Source of the DNA: Octopus sinensis
Taxonomy: Eukaryota
Direction of reading: 5' to 3'
NCBI RefSeq assembly: GCF_006345805.1
Contig: NC_043003.1
Span: 38,440,001-38,504,000 of the forward strand
DNA: 64,000 nucleotides
The translations under genes were made by a program, and so were the position numbers. The notes below the pieces were generated by a model that saw nothing but the letters and a program-made list of their open reading frames with translations, did no database searches and was not told the origin of the DNA. Numbering within the stretch: position 1 is the first letter of the stretch; the number at the start of each line of letters is the position of its first letter. Of the stretch, positions 1 through 12,105 are shown in pieces.

Positions 1-17
1 TATCCATGCAACCATCC

Positions 18-33
18 ATCCATATATACATAC

Positions 34-113
<80 letters not shown>

Positions 114-162
114 CGTATATATATGTGGGTGTATGTGTGTGTGTGTGTGTGTGTGTACACAA

Positions 163-203
<41 letters not shown>

Positions 204-620
204 CACACACTCACACACACACACGCATACATAGATAGATACAAATTACAAACATAAATGCATCTTCTCTCTCCGGCTGTCTATCCTTCACTTACGCGCA
301 CAGGTTCAATCACACACACACACACACACCACACACACTCACACATACACACACACACATTCACTCTCCCTATCTCCCTCTGTCTTTCACTCTCTCTCAC
401 TCCCTCTCCACTCTCTTTCTTCCCTCTCATTCCCTCTCACCATTTCTTCTCTCTGTCTCTGTTTCTCACTCACTCACTCACTCACTCACTCACTCATTCA
501 CTCACTCACTAACTCACTCACTCACTCACTCACTCTCTCTCTCTCACTTCCTCTCTCTCTCTCTCTCTCGTTCTCTCTCTGTCTGTCTCGCTCTCTCTCT
601 CTCGTACAATCACATACATA
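18..620. repeat. Compound microsatellite block: (CATA)n, (TA)n, (GT/CA)n, (CTCA)n, (CT)n
   Basis: Directly visible simple repeats. Confidence 0.95.
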
Positions 621-893
621 TACGGGGGCACAAAGATCACACACATTTTGTTCTGTATACATATGCGCACAAATGTGTGTGTGTGCGCGCGCAAGTACCG
701 CTGCTACAACTACTACTGTTGCTGCTGCTGCTGGTGATTCTTTTTTGCCTTCTGATTATATCATTACAAGGACAGTTTCCAATTGGTGGCGGGGAAAGGA
801 TACATAAAAAGATGCGAGGAAGAAAGGGGAGACAAGGAAGAGATGGAATAAATGTACATAGTTTACAAAATATTTGAACATGTGGATGATGCA

Positions 894-1931
894 GTCCTTC
901 TTATACAGAATAGCCTCCAACTAGGGTCAATCAAGGAACCCCACAGATCCAGGATAGCCCTGACCACTACAGGCACAAACACTCGCCCAAACGCTGTCCT
1001 CCAGTCTACAGGCACACGATTAGTCCTCCTTATACAGAATAGCCTCCAACTAAGGTCAATCAAGGAACCCCCACAGATCCAGGATAGCCCTGACCACTAC
1101 AGGCACAAACACTCGCCCAAACGTTGTCCTCCAGTCTACAGGCACACGCTTAGTCCTCCTTATACAGAATAGCCTCCAACTAAGGTCAATCAAGGAACCC
1201 CCACAGATCCAGGATAGCCCTGACCACTACAGGCACAAACACTCGCCCAAACGTTGTCCTCCAGTCTACAGGCACACGCTTAGTCCTCCTTATACAGAAT
1301 AGCCTCCAACTAGGGTCAATCAAGGAACCCCCACAGATCCAGGATAGCCCTGACCACTGCAGGCACAAACACTCGCCCAAACGTTGTCCTCCAGTCTACA
1401 GGCACACGCTTAGTCCTCCTTATACAGAATAGCCTCCAACTAAGGTCAATCAAGGAACCCCCACAGATCCAGGATAGCCCTGACCACTACAGGCACAAAC
1501 ACTCGCCCAAACGTTGTCCTCCAGTCTACAGGCACACGCTTAGTCCTCCTTATACAGAATAGCCTCCAACTAAGGTCAATCAAGGAACCCCCACAGATCC
1601 AGGATAGCCCTGACCACTACAGGCACAAACACTCGCCCAAACGTTGTCCTCCAGTCTACAGTCACACGCTTAGTCCTCCTTATACAGAATAGCCTCCAAC
1701 TAAGGTCAATCAAGGAACCCCCACAGATCCAGGATAGCCCTGACCACTACAGGCACAAACACTCGCCCAAACGTTGTCCTCCAGTCTACAGTCACACGCT
1801 TAGTCCTCCTTATACAGAATAGCCTCCAACTAAGGTCAATCAAGGAACCCCCACAGATCCAGGATAGCCCTGACTACTACAGGCACAAACACTCGCCCAA
1901 ACGTTGTCCTCCAGTCTACAGTTACACGCTT
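894..1931 (+). repeat. 130-bp tandem array, about 8 copies
   Basis: TTATACAGAA recurs at 901, 1030, 1160, 1290, 1420, 1550, 1680 and 1810; copies are near-identical. Confidence 0.97.
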
Positions 1932-2387
1932 ATAGTTAGTTCATTCACGTCGACCATTTTTACCAGTCAGCCACGTTTTGAAAAATTTCTTGGTGGAGAG
2001 CACGCCCTCTCCACCCTCACATTCCTTTCTAATTGGAACTTGTAAAAGGTCGTTGAGTGCTTAACTGAAAAGGAAGTTTCCGTCTTCAATTGTTTCAGCC
2101 TCGATCGCTACATGATCCCTTTTGCCAGTGACACGAGGCTGTTAAACACTGCCTGTCCTGCCTTGTTAAAGGTGGATGGCAGGACGATTCTCACAATGAA
2201 CACAACCGATAGCGGGGTTCGTCCTAAAAACCACAAATATTTTCTTTATTAAACACAAGGGTTAACTAAAAGATCCAGGACGGTACAGGACGCTGCAGAG
2301 AGTGACTTCATAAAAATTTATTCAGAAAGGGGAATATAGTAAAACAGAAAAATCAGACCTAGAAAAATCTCCTTAAATAAATAAATA

Positions 2388-2634
2388 CGCCCTTTTAAAG
2401 CCTAGCCAGGCTCATGGGCCCGGTTTCCCAGTTTCGATGGCGTATGTGTTCCCCAGCTGGACGGGACGCCAGTCCATCGCAGCGTTACTCGTTTTCGCCA
2501 GGTGAATGGACTGGAGCAACGCGAAATGGAGTGTTTTGCTCAAGAACACAACGCGTCGCCCGGTCCATGAATCGAAACCACAATCTTACGATCATGGTGC
2601 TGACACCCTAACCACTAAGCCACTCGCCTCCCAC
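2388..2634 (-). mobile_element. tRNA-derived SINE, family D
   Basis: On -: A-box TGGCTTAGTGG, B-box-like GTTTCGATTC, core GCGATGGACTGGCGTCCCGTCCAG. Related copies at about 6778-6975 (+), 9475-9655 (-), 47600-47830 (-) and 61740-61985 (-). Confidence 0.8.
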
Positions 2635-2725
2635 TCCTTAAAGGGTGGGAGGCGATGAGTAGTTGTGGAAATCCCCTAAAACCATAATCACCTTCACCAC
2701 TAGTCACCTCTCCAAGCTGTTCTCT

Positions 2726-2761
<36 letters not shown>

Positions 2762-3374
2762 GAGAGAGACAGAGAGAGAAACAGAGTGTACGTACACTGC
2801 TATATTTTATATATAAAATTTACAAAAGTGGGACAAGAACGCAAAACATCCAGACAGTTAGATGATGCAAAAAAGGGACAACGAAACATTTAGACAGACG
2901 ATACAAAGAAAACCAGGGCGGGTCATTCGGAGTTTTCTAGATTATCTTTGCAGTTTCCAGATTATCTTTGCAATTTCGGCTGGTTATACTCGAGATTGCT
3001 CTAATCTGGTCAACCTCAAGGAAAAACTAAGCTAAGAGCATTAAATTCCTTGGAAGAAAGCAGCGAATGTATACGAAAACAAGGACGGAAATAAAACAGA
3101 GAAATGTTACACAAATACAAATGCAATTAACAGGACATAACAACACGTGTCTTTCGACTAAGAACGAATTAAATTAAGGTGGCGTGTGTGAAGGCAAGCC
3201 TTACGGGAGGGACATAAGATTTAACAGTCACCAGCCGAAATTGCAAAAATAATCTGGAACTCGACTGAGGATAGAAAACTCCGAATAGCCCTACTGGTTT
3301 CTTTGTATCGTCTGTCTGGATGTTTTGCGTTCTTGTCCCATTTTGTGTGTGTGTGTATATATATATATAGTACA

Positions 3375-4229
3375 TATGTGGGAAATTCTGTCTGTGGGGT
3401 TGTTAGCTAACTCCTCCTACATCATTTTATATCGATTTTGATGAAACCTGACACGTGGGTAGAACTTATGTCTGGAAACCTCATGGCATACTCAGATTGT
3501 TGAAAAAAATCGATAATAGAGCCCGTGGAAGGAATCCTTATATATATCTGATATATTTCATTTTAAAAGTCAAGGGAAATAACCCATTCGCCCAGATTTT
3601 AACATCCAAGGGAAATAACCCATTCCTTTTCCTAAATCATTTGATATAAATCAAATTGAGTATGTTTATTTCTTAGTATTTGAACTGTTAGAGTTATTTT
3701 CGCAATTTATCCAGCACAGCCATTAAACAAGTAAATAGTATTTCAGTTAGTAACTTATTCTCGAATATACCAACACTAGCGCTGCTAAGGATAATATTCT
3801 CTGGGAGCGCACAAAAGCCCTTTTCAGAGTTATTTACGTGGAATTGTTATCTGTCTGATTAGTCTGTTATTACGTAACATGCTTCACGATTTTAGTATAC
3901 ATACCTATTATTATTTCCTCCTATGTTCTATATACTCTGGGAACGCATTAAAGCCATTTTCGAAGCTACTTTAATTGAATTCTTACTATCGGGTAACTAA
4001 TTTCATGTTATTGCATAACTGACTTCACAATTTGGGTATTCATAACTTATTGGAAATTCCTAAAAACAAGATCATATGTAAGGCAGCTTGGTATTCTCTG
4101 TAAATGCATAAAAACTGTTTTAAGGGCTACATACTTTGTATTGTTGTTATTGGATTAGAGAAACAATTATGAGAACGGAACCAAAGGATAAGCCCCGCTT
4201 TCCCGGGAATTACCGGGTACGTCAGCTAG
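3375..4229 (+). mobile_element. Non-autonomous Helitron-like element
   Basis: 3' GC hairpin CCCGG-GAATTA-CCGGG (4202-4217) followed by CTAG|T (4226-4229); degenerate internal repeats; 5' boundary approximate. Confidence 0.6.
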
Positions 4230-4255
4230 TATATATATATATGAGAAAGTTGGTT

Positions 4256-5669
4256 TGTGAAAGCATGTGGTTGAATATATAGAAAATAGTAAAAAGTGAA
4301 AAAACTACAGAAGGCTTGTTTTAAAAGGTTAAAAAATATATATTTGAGTCAATATGTCTGAAGAATGTTATAAATTTTTTTCATACAATGACCAAGTTTA
4401 GAAGAAATAACCGGTTTCGCGTACAGCTTTTCAAATTTCTTAAATCGTTATGTTTACATTGAGCGGAGATCAAGTAATAAGTGATTTCTTCTGGTGTAAG
4501 GGAGATAATCGCTTTAAATTATTTGCCTTTCTTTTGGACTAAGTTTCTCTGTATAAGTATGTTAGAATGGTTAAGTTTGGGCTTGTATTTTTCAATGAAG
4601 AATGTTTCCTTGTTTAGTCTAATTTGTGTTGGTGTTCCGATGGCACATTGGTAGAATGGAAAGATTAGAAATTGTGGTAGTAGTTGCTTTGCCCATTTCT
4701 CAATGTGCTCACTAAAGGGTATCATTCTGTATTCTGGGAATGCAATCTGTTGTCGATGCAGTGTGCATCTATGTCTGAGTGATAGTCCCGTGGACCCCAC
4801 GTAGTCTTTTATGAAGAGGAATTCTGATCCTTCTAGCAGATTTGGACATGTTGCCCAGTTCGGTCTACCACATTTTTTTACTTTTGCATCCGTAATTTCA
4901 GAAAACAATTTTGCCTTTGTGAGAATCTTTTTAAGTGATTTAGGTTGTTTGTAGCTTTTAATGATTTGGTGTATGTTTAGAATTTCCTTTAATTTTGGGT
5001 CCTTATGAAGTATTAGTAAATTCTGGGTGATGATGGTGAAGGCTTCTTTGTTTCTGGGGTTGTATGTGGATATGTAAGGTAGTATTTTCGGGGAAGGTGT
5101 GTTGTTGTGTTGAACTTTTCTTAAAGTTTCTATGTTGATTTCTGTTGCACGTCTGATCCCATCCTATATGAGTTGAGTTGGGTAATGTCTGTCAATTAGG
5201 GTGTTTTTGAGTTCTTGCAGTCTAAAGTTCCTGGTATTTTGTTCTGACACTATTGTGCAAATCCTTCTTGCAAGGTTGAAGGGGATGTTTACCACAATTT
5301 CTAATCTTTCCATTCTACCAATGTGCCATCGGAACACCAACAAAAATTAGACTAAACAAGGAAACATTCTTCATTGAAAAATACAAGCCCAAACTTAACC
5401 ATTCCAACATACTTATACAGAGAAACTTAGTCCAAAAGAAAGGCAAATAATTTTAAACGATTATCTCCCTTACACCGGAAGAAATCACTTATTACCTGAT
5501 CTCCGCTCAATGTAAACATAACGATTTAAGAAATTTGAAAATCTATACGCGAAACCGGTTATTTCTTCTAATGTATGAAAAAAATTTATAACATTCTTCA
5601 GACATATTGACTCAAATATATATTTTTTAACCTTTTAAAACAAGCCTTCTGTAGTTTTTCACTTTTTAC

Positions 5670-5680
<11 letters not shown>
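4256..5680 (-). mobile_element. 5'-truncated Penelope-like retroelement (RT C-terminus plus GIY-YIG endonuclease remnant) with an inverted copy of its 3' end
   Basis: The - strand reads IPFNLARRICTIVS...RLQELK, KCGRPNWATCP and YVGSTG-SLRHR...KETFFIEKYKPKLN; 4256-4680 is the reverse complement of 5290-5680. Confidence 0.88.
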
Positions 5681-5732
<52 letters not shown>

Positions 5733-5776
5733 TATGTATGTATGTATGTATATGTATGTATGTATATATATATATA

Positions 5777-5830
<54 letters not shown>

Positions 5831-5844
5831 GTATGTATGTATGT

Positions 5845-6468
5845 AAAGCAAGTGGCGAAGATGTTTTCATTCCAAAGATTCCTTTGATTCCTTCCGACAA
5901 ACAAATTGATTTCAAGAGGCTACAAATCCCACTGAGATTAAGCTTTACAATGAGCATCAACAAAGCACAGGGTCAGACATTGGATGTGGTAGGCCTTAAT
6001 CGTGCGGAACCTGCTTCTTCTCACGCACAGCTTTATTTCGGATGCTCTAGAGTTGGAAATCCGGAAAATTTATTCATGTATGCACCCATTGGCAAAACCA
6101 AAAACATTGTGTATCACGAAGCCCTGCAAGACTGAAATTTTGGAACAAAGATGCCGGCAACCTCTCCCGCCAACCTCCGACAACTTCTCTCGCCAACCCC
6201 CGAAAACCTCTCTCGACAACCTCCAACAATCTCTCTCGACAACCTCTGACAATCTCTCTCGCCAACCTCCGAGTCCCTCTCGCTAACCTCCGACAACCTC
6301 TGTCACCAACCTCCGACAACCTCTCTCACCAACCTCCGACAACCTCTCCTTCCTCCAGCTGACAGTTTTTGTACTTTTTTCGCGACGAAATTGCTTTCTT
6401 ATATCAGAGTAATAAAGCGTTTAACTAGAACATTTTTACCCCTGGAAATTACCGGGTACATCAGCTAG
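5845..6468 (+). mobile_element. Helitron 3' fragment: PIF1-type helicase C-terminus plus 3' terminus
   Basis: FKRLQIPLRLSFTMSINKAQGQT and SHAQLYFGCSRV (helicase motifs V and VI); hairpin at 6440-6456 and CTAG|T at 6465-6468. Confidence 0.9.
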
Positions 6469-6602
<134 letters not shown>

Positions 6603-6603
6603 A

Positions 6604-6695
<92 letters not shown>

Positions 6696-6716
6696 ATATA
6701 TATTTATTTATATTTA

Positions 6717-6747
<31 letters not shown>

Positions 6748-7074
6748 TTATATATATATATAACATAGAGTTTAGATGAAGGCGCGTGACCTAGTGGTTG
6801 AGGCGTGCACTCACGATCGCGAGATTATGTCTTCGATTTCCAGACCGGCTGTGCTTCATGTTATTGATTAAAATACTTCATTTCACGTTGCTCCACGCCA
6901 CTCAGCTATAAATGGTTAACCTTGCAACGGTCTGGTGTTCCGTCTGAGGGGAATGTTAGCTTATCCACCGAGCATTCGAAAGTTTAAATAATTCAGGGAA
7001 GCGCATTGTGACCAGCGATGTATAACAACAGTCGACAGTCTGGTCGATACTGTGATGGCGTAACATATACAGTA

Positions 7075-7803
7075 TGTAACGGTGGAAGTTTTTAGTTGAT
7101 TGCCATTATGTAAAGATGAAAGAACAGTGATTGACGTTGTAAAGAAAATATTTATTTTACCATTACATTGTAAAATACCTTGCCTCGACAGATAGGTGAT
7201 AAAATCGTAAAGCAAACGAAGTAAAGATAGATGTAGATATTCCTTGCATAGTTTGTGCTTGTGTTCTCGTCATTGTATAGTAGTAATTACAGATAGAGAT
7301 GGAATAAAGTTCTAAGAAGAAAGTGAGCTGAGCTAGTGATATTGAGCGAGTCGAGGGAAGTTGTCTCGCATAGTTGCTGATTGTAACTTTCTTTTTCTCT
7401 CTGGCCGTTTGTCTTTAGTGGATGCCTGCTTGTGGCCATGATTTTAGTGGTCCGTTCACTAACTGATGGTCGCTCTCTCTAACTCGGGTTCTCACTAACT
7501 CACTAACTGACTTTTGCTTGGGGGTTCTTGTTTTTATAACTATCCAAAAGATAGGCATATCGTTGAGAGCAATAAATTTTGTTGGTGGTACTGGTTATCT
7601 TAATTCTGGCTTTTGGTAGCTTATAAGAGGTTAGAAGGGTCAAGTGGTGAAGACATTATTTTGCTTAGCTAAGGCATCTGGCAAATGTAAACTGCTGTTA
7701 CAGAAAAACTATTGTTTTACCGTGAGAAAAGTGCTGTTGAAGTGTTAATTTAAATTTGGCTATCTAGGATTGAATTCACGCTATGCCTGCAAGATCCACT
7801 ACA
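7075..7803 (+). mobile_element. Solo-LTR-like element, copy 1
   Basis: TGTAAC...CTACA termini, 729 bp, homologous along its length to 13895-14621 and about 34900-35640 (-); flanks AGTA/TGTA are an imperfect TSD. Confidence 0.65.
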
Positions 7804-8718
7804 TGTATATTACATGCAATAATCTAGGAACATTTGGCTGTAGTTTATTGCAAGACAAAGAAGCAACCCATAGAAGCTCTCTTATTGATGTCTCGTGGAG
7901 TCTGATCTCTGACAGATTCATAGAACAACAAAAATAAAAAACGAAAAGTTTGTCTCTCCGAATGCTTTCACACCCATTCAAGGAGAATTGACCTTCCATC
8001 CTAAGCGGATTGACAAGCTTCAGTCAAGTAGGCCTGCAGATATCTTTCATCGAAAAAGTTTCTTGGTTAGAAAAGGAATCCCTGAAAGATCCTTTATTCT
8101 TGAAAAATTGATTATAATGAAATGATTATTTGCATATTCATTCTTAATACATCCAGGCAGGTTTCGAACGCAAAATACGTTGGTCGCTGTAGTGTACGTC
8201 ACAGGAGAGCAAAATCTCCCTTTTGCAACGACAAGTTCATAACGCACTCGGCTCATTGGGGCTCATTCACAGAATGACGGATGTCCGCTTAACATAATTC
8301 AATCAATACAATGAAATCATATTTGGGGAAAATCCCTTGCCGGTTACATTGTTACTAACCTAATTTTTAATTCAATAGAAATGCTGAACGTTTTTCTTTT
8401 TGCTAAATTTTTATGTGTTTGACATGCCAACTAAGGTAAGGTGTTAAACTTGTCAAACAGGAACGAGCTGACAAACTACAACAGTTTAAAGACGGAACTA
8501 TTAAGTTTTGATGCTGAGATTTTTGGTTGTATCTTTTTCTCTACTTTGTCAGCTGTGAATTAAAGCTAACTATTTCCTGAGGTGTGCTTGGTGTTGTGCT
8601 GTTTTGAGTTGAAGTGAAAAGACGCCTCACCACGCATAACAAATGTCGTCAAACATTTAATTCAAACTTCTGGGTTTCACATCCTTAGAGAAATATCAAG
8701 AAAGTGATGCTCTCTCTC

Positions 8719-8719
<1 letters not shown>

Positions 8720-8755
<36 letters not shown>

Positions 8756-8808
8756 TCACACACATGCACGCACACATACTTATATACATATGTACATAGG
8801 TATGTAGG

Positions 8809-8887
<79 letters not shown>

Positions 8888-8925
8888 GTAGGTAGATAGG
8901 TAGGTAGATAGATAGATATGTATAT
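8720..8925. repeat. (CA)n and (GATA)n microsatellites
   Basis: Directly visible. Confidence 0.95.
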
Positions 8926-9019
8926 GCATATATTTATGAGTATGAATATATACGTTATATTATATTATTATATTATATCATATTATATTATATCATATTA
9001 TGTTATATTATATTATATC

Positions 9020-9436
9020 TATTATCACTGAAGATTTGGGTATGAGACGCCTGTCTGCCAACTTTGTGCCAAAATTGCTTTCAGCTGACCAAAAAGACTT
9101 TCGAGTTTCAGTAGCACAAGATCTCCTTGATTGTGCTGAGAACGATGAAAACTTTTTGAAAACTTTGCGAAACCTCTGAGCAGGTATTGTCGAGTTTTTG
9201 GCAAAATTTGATGCAGATTCTCTACTCAACTTTCTCTGTCTTAGTCAATGTGACAGTCACACACTACACACCTTCCTTCCAAGCACTGCTGTAAACAGCG
9301 GAAGTGAGCTAGAACATTAAATCTTAGTGAGGATGCACAGCAGAGTTTAAGGTCAAATTGTTGCAAGCGGTTTCACTCTGCGCACGTTAGCTTCGTTACT
9401 ATGGCAACAGTCCGGATACTTATTGATCAGACCACG
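9020..9436. mobile_element. Truncated mariner-derived non-autonomous element (same family as 35945-36787)
   Basis: LSANFVPKLLS...ENDENFLKT on + fused to an inverted transposase 5' end and TIR (...GTCCGGATACTTATTGATCAGACCACG|TA). Confidence 0.75.
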
Positions 9437-9797
9437 TATATAATATTTAAAATATATCCGATTTCCATGGAACATATGTGACCTGAATGGGACGTCAGTC
9501 TGTTGCAAGGTTACTTATTTACAGTCAAGTGGACCGGAGCAACGTGAAACTGAATGTTTTGCTCAAGAACACAACGCACTCCCCGCCCTCCACACTCTGG
9601 AAATCAAAACCATGATCTTGTGTGCAACATCCTAACACAAGGCTACGCGCCTTCACCCTGACTAACTCTGTCAAAAATATTGTTTTACCAGACTTTAAAA
9701 ATAAGTGCTCTACTAAAAAGATCTTCAGGGCAGTGTTCCAGCATGGCTGCAGATCAATGATTGAAACAAGTGTGTGTGTGTGTGTATGTATATATAG

Positions 9798-9869
<72 letters not shown>

Positions 9870-9885
9870 TGTGTGTGTGTGTGTA

Positions 9886-10772
9886 TTGGGTTGAGGAATA
9901 ATTCATGAGCATTTTTTCCAAATTTAAAAATGCACGCAGAAACAAAACGCACTGGCAAAATGTTATATGTTATTTAAAAGAAAATTTTTTGCTCTACAAG
10001 ATAGTGTGTTTTGATTTTTAAAAAAAATTTTACTGATTTTTGTGTATTTTCAGAGTATTAAAATGAATTGTCAAGTGGATAAAACTGAGCATTTTCAACA
10101 CCATTTGCTTTTTGCATTTAATCGAGGTGTTAAGGCCGCCGAAGCTGCTTGCGAGATTTGTGCTGTGTATGGAGAAGAAACTATGCCCCAAAGTACCGCT
10201 CGCCGTTGGTTTTCGCGCTTCAAAAATGGGAATTTCAACCTCGAGGACAGATCACACACCGGTAGATCACTTGAGTTCGATGAAGAGTGATTGAATCAAC
10301 TTCTTCAAGAAAATCCACATCAAACAACCAGAGAATTGGAGGAGAAGTTGGATTGTGATTAAAAAAAAACAGTAGTGAACCACCTTCACTCAATGTGTAA
10401 GGTTCAGAAACTCGGCGCTAGGGTGCAGCACGACAAGATCCGTTCTCACATCGACAATATGACCAAAGCCGCTATTCAAGAACTCATCTCCCATACTCTC
10501 CGGACTTGGCGCCGTTAGATTTTCATTTCTTTCGACCGCTTTCGAACACTTTGCGCGGTGCATCGTTCAAAAATGACGTGGAACTGATGGCTTGGTTGGA
10601 CGAATTCTTTGAGTCATGGTCAGGAGATTCCTATCACTGTGGCATCGAAATCTTATTGACCGATGGGAGGAAGTCGTAAACAATAACGGAGAGTATACAA
10701 TTGATTAATTTTTTGAAGCTTTTTGTTTAAAATAAATTTGAAAAAAAAATTATGAATTATTCCTCAACCCAA
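9886..10772 (+). mobile_element. Internally deleted mariner element
   Basis: TIRs TTGGGTTGAGGAATAATTCAT... and ...ATGAATTATTCCTCAACCCAA; HTH remnant (AAEAACEICAVYGE...RRWFSRFKNGNFNLED); YSPDLAP-like remnant; stops and frameshifts. Confidence 0.88.
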
Positions 10773-10989
10773 ATTTACAGAAGACAAAAGACGAAGACAG
10801 GTGTAGGAACAACAAGCAGAAGTATTAGTTTAACGCTCGGGAAGAATGGAAAAATATTTTACGTTTCCAGCCTACGCACTTCGACAGAAAAGATTAAGAG
10901 GATAAAAACAACGGAGAGAGAGAAAATATGTGTACGCATTATGGAGTGCAGATAGCAAGATGAGTCAAGTAATACTTCTTGATCATCCA

Positions 10990-11330
10990 CTGCACCCGCC
11001 TTCATCTTCAGTCGTCTTGACCTGGCTTGAAAACGGTCACGGGCGAGAGGGTGAGGTTGATGGTGCGCAACCCTTCTTCACTTTAAACAAAGTCACCGCG
11101 TAAGTCATCAGTCATCCTTCATCCAGGATGATTAGATGGTCTTCGTCACCTTGACGGACGACCATGTGTGTGCGCAAATGAAGGTCACGAGTAACTTTGG
11201 TGTTCATGGTTTTAAGGGTATTGCAAAAAGCCTGATTGGAGGCCCAAACTTCCGAATTCTTTTACAGGGCTTAGGAAAACTGAAGGATCGCTACAATATG
11301 TTGAATAAAAACATAATTAACTGATCCTTC
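10990..11330 (+). repeat. Dispersed repeat, possibly a LINE 5' region, with a diverged inverted paralogue at about 12520-12720
   Basis: CGTCTTGACCTGG...GTGAGGTTG...GCAAC...TTTAAACAAA is shared with the reverse complement of 12520-12720. Family identity uncertain. Confidence 0.45.
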
Positions 11331-12023
11331 TGTATTTTCTTTTACCCAAAACTTTTCACGCGCCCTCGTATTTCTGTACTTCCTCCCAATCACTCGACCT
11401 ACCTATCGATTTATTGAACCATACACAATAAGTATCAATATTAAGAACCTAAATCACGTGATTCTCAATTCTAAAGATGGTCAGCAGTTTACTGAAGGAG
11501 GTTTGTTTATTTATTTACTAGCTGTATAAATCAGGTCGAGCGATTACGCTGAAGATTTGTCGAGGATGATTCGCTTATTAATTAGGACAACTTTTACAAT
11601 GTCGTAATGCAACGTTTCATATTTAGTTGAAATTTTTACAATGCTGTAATACACTATTTTGTCATTAAGTTGACACTTTACAAGTTGCAATATAACATAA
11701 TGGGCAATACCTCCACACACACATACACACACACACGTACATATATACATATATGTGCGCACACTCATGCACACACACAAACATTGAAAAACATCGTTAT
11801 AAAGTCGAGGATATTAGGAATAAAACTGTCATTAGAGGTGAATTCTATCAAACATCAATGGAGAGAGAAAGAGACAGCCAGACATACAGACAGATATAGA
11901 GACAGACAGACAGACAGAGAGCCATACACACACATACACACACACACTAATGCATATATGCATACATACAAGCGTACGTACACAAACACACGCCTTCAGA
12001 TTATTGACTCCATAAATTAGATA

Positions 12024-12105
<82 letters not shown>

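Noticed and set aside
894-1931. CRISPR-like array
   Set aside because: Units are contiguous with no unique spacers, the sequence is eukaryotic, and there are no cas genes.
7804-8700. Short ORFs 7799-7999 and 8047-8256
   Set aside because: No recognisable motif; possibly a decayed transposon, but I cannot support a call.
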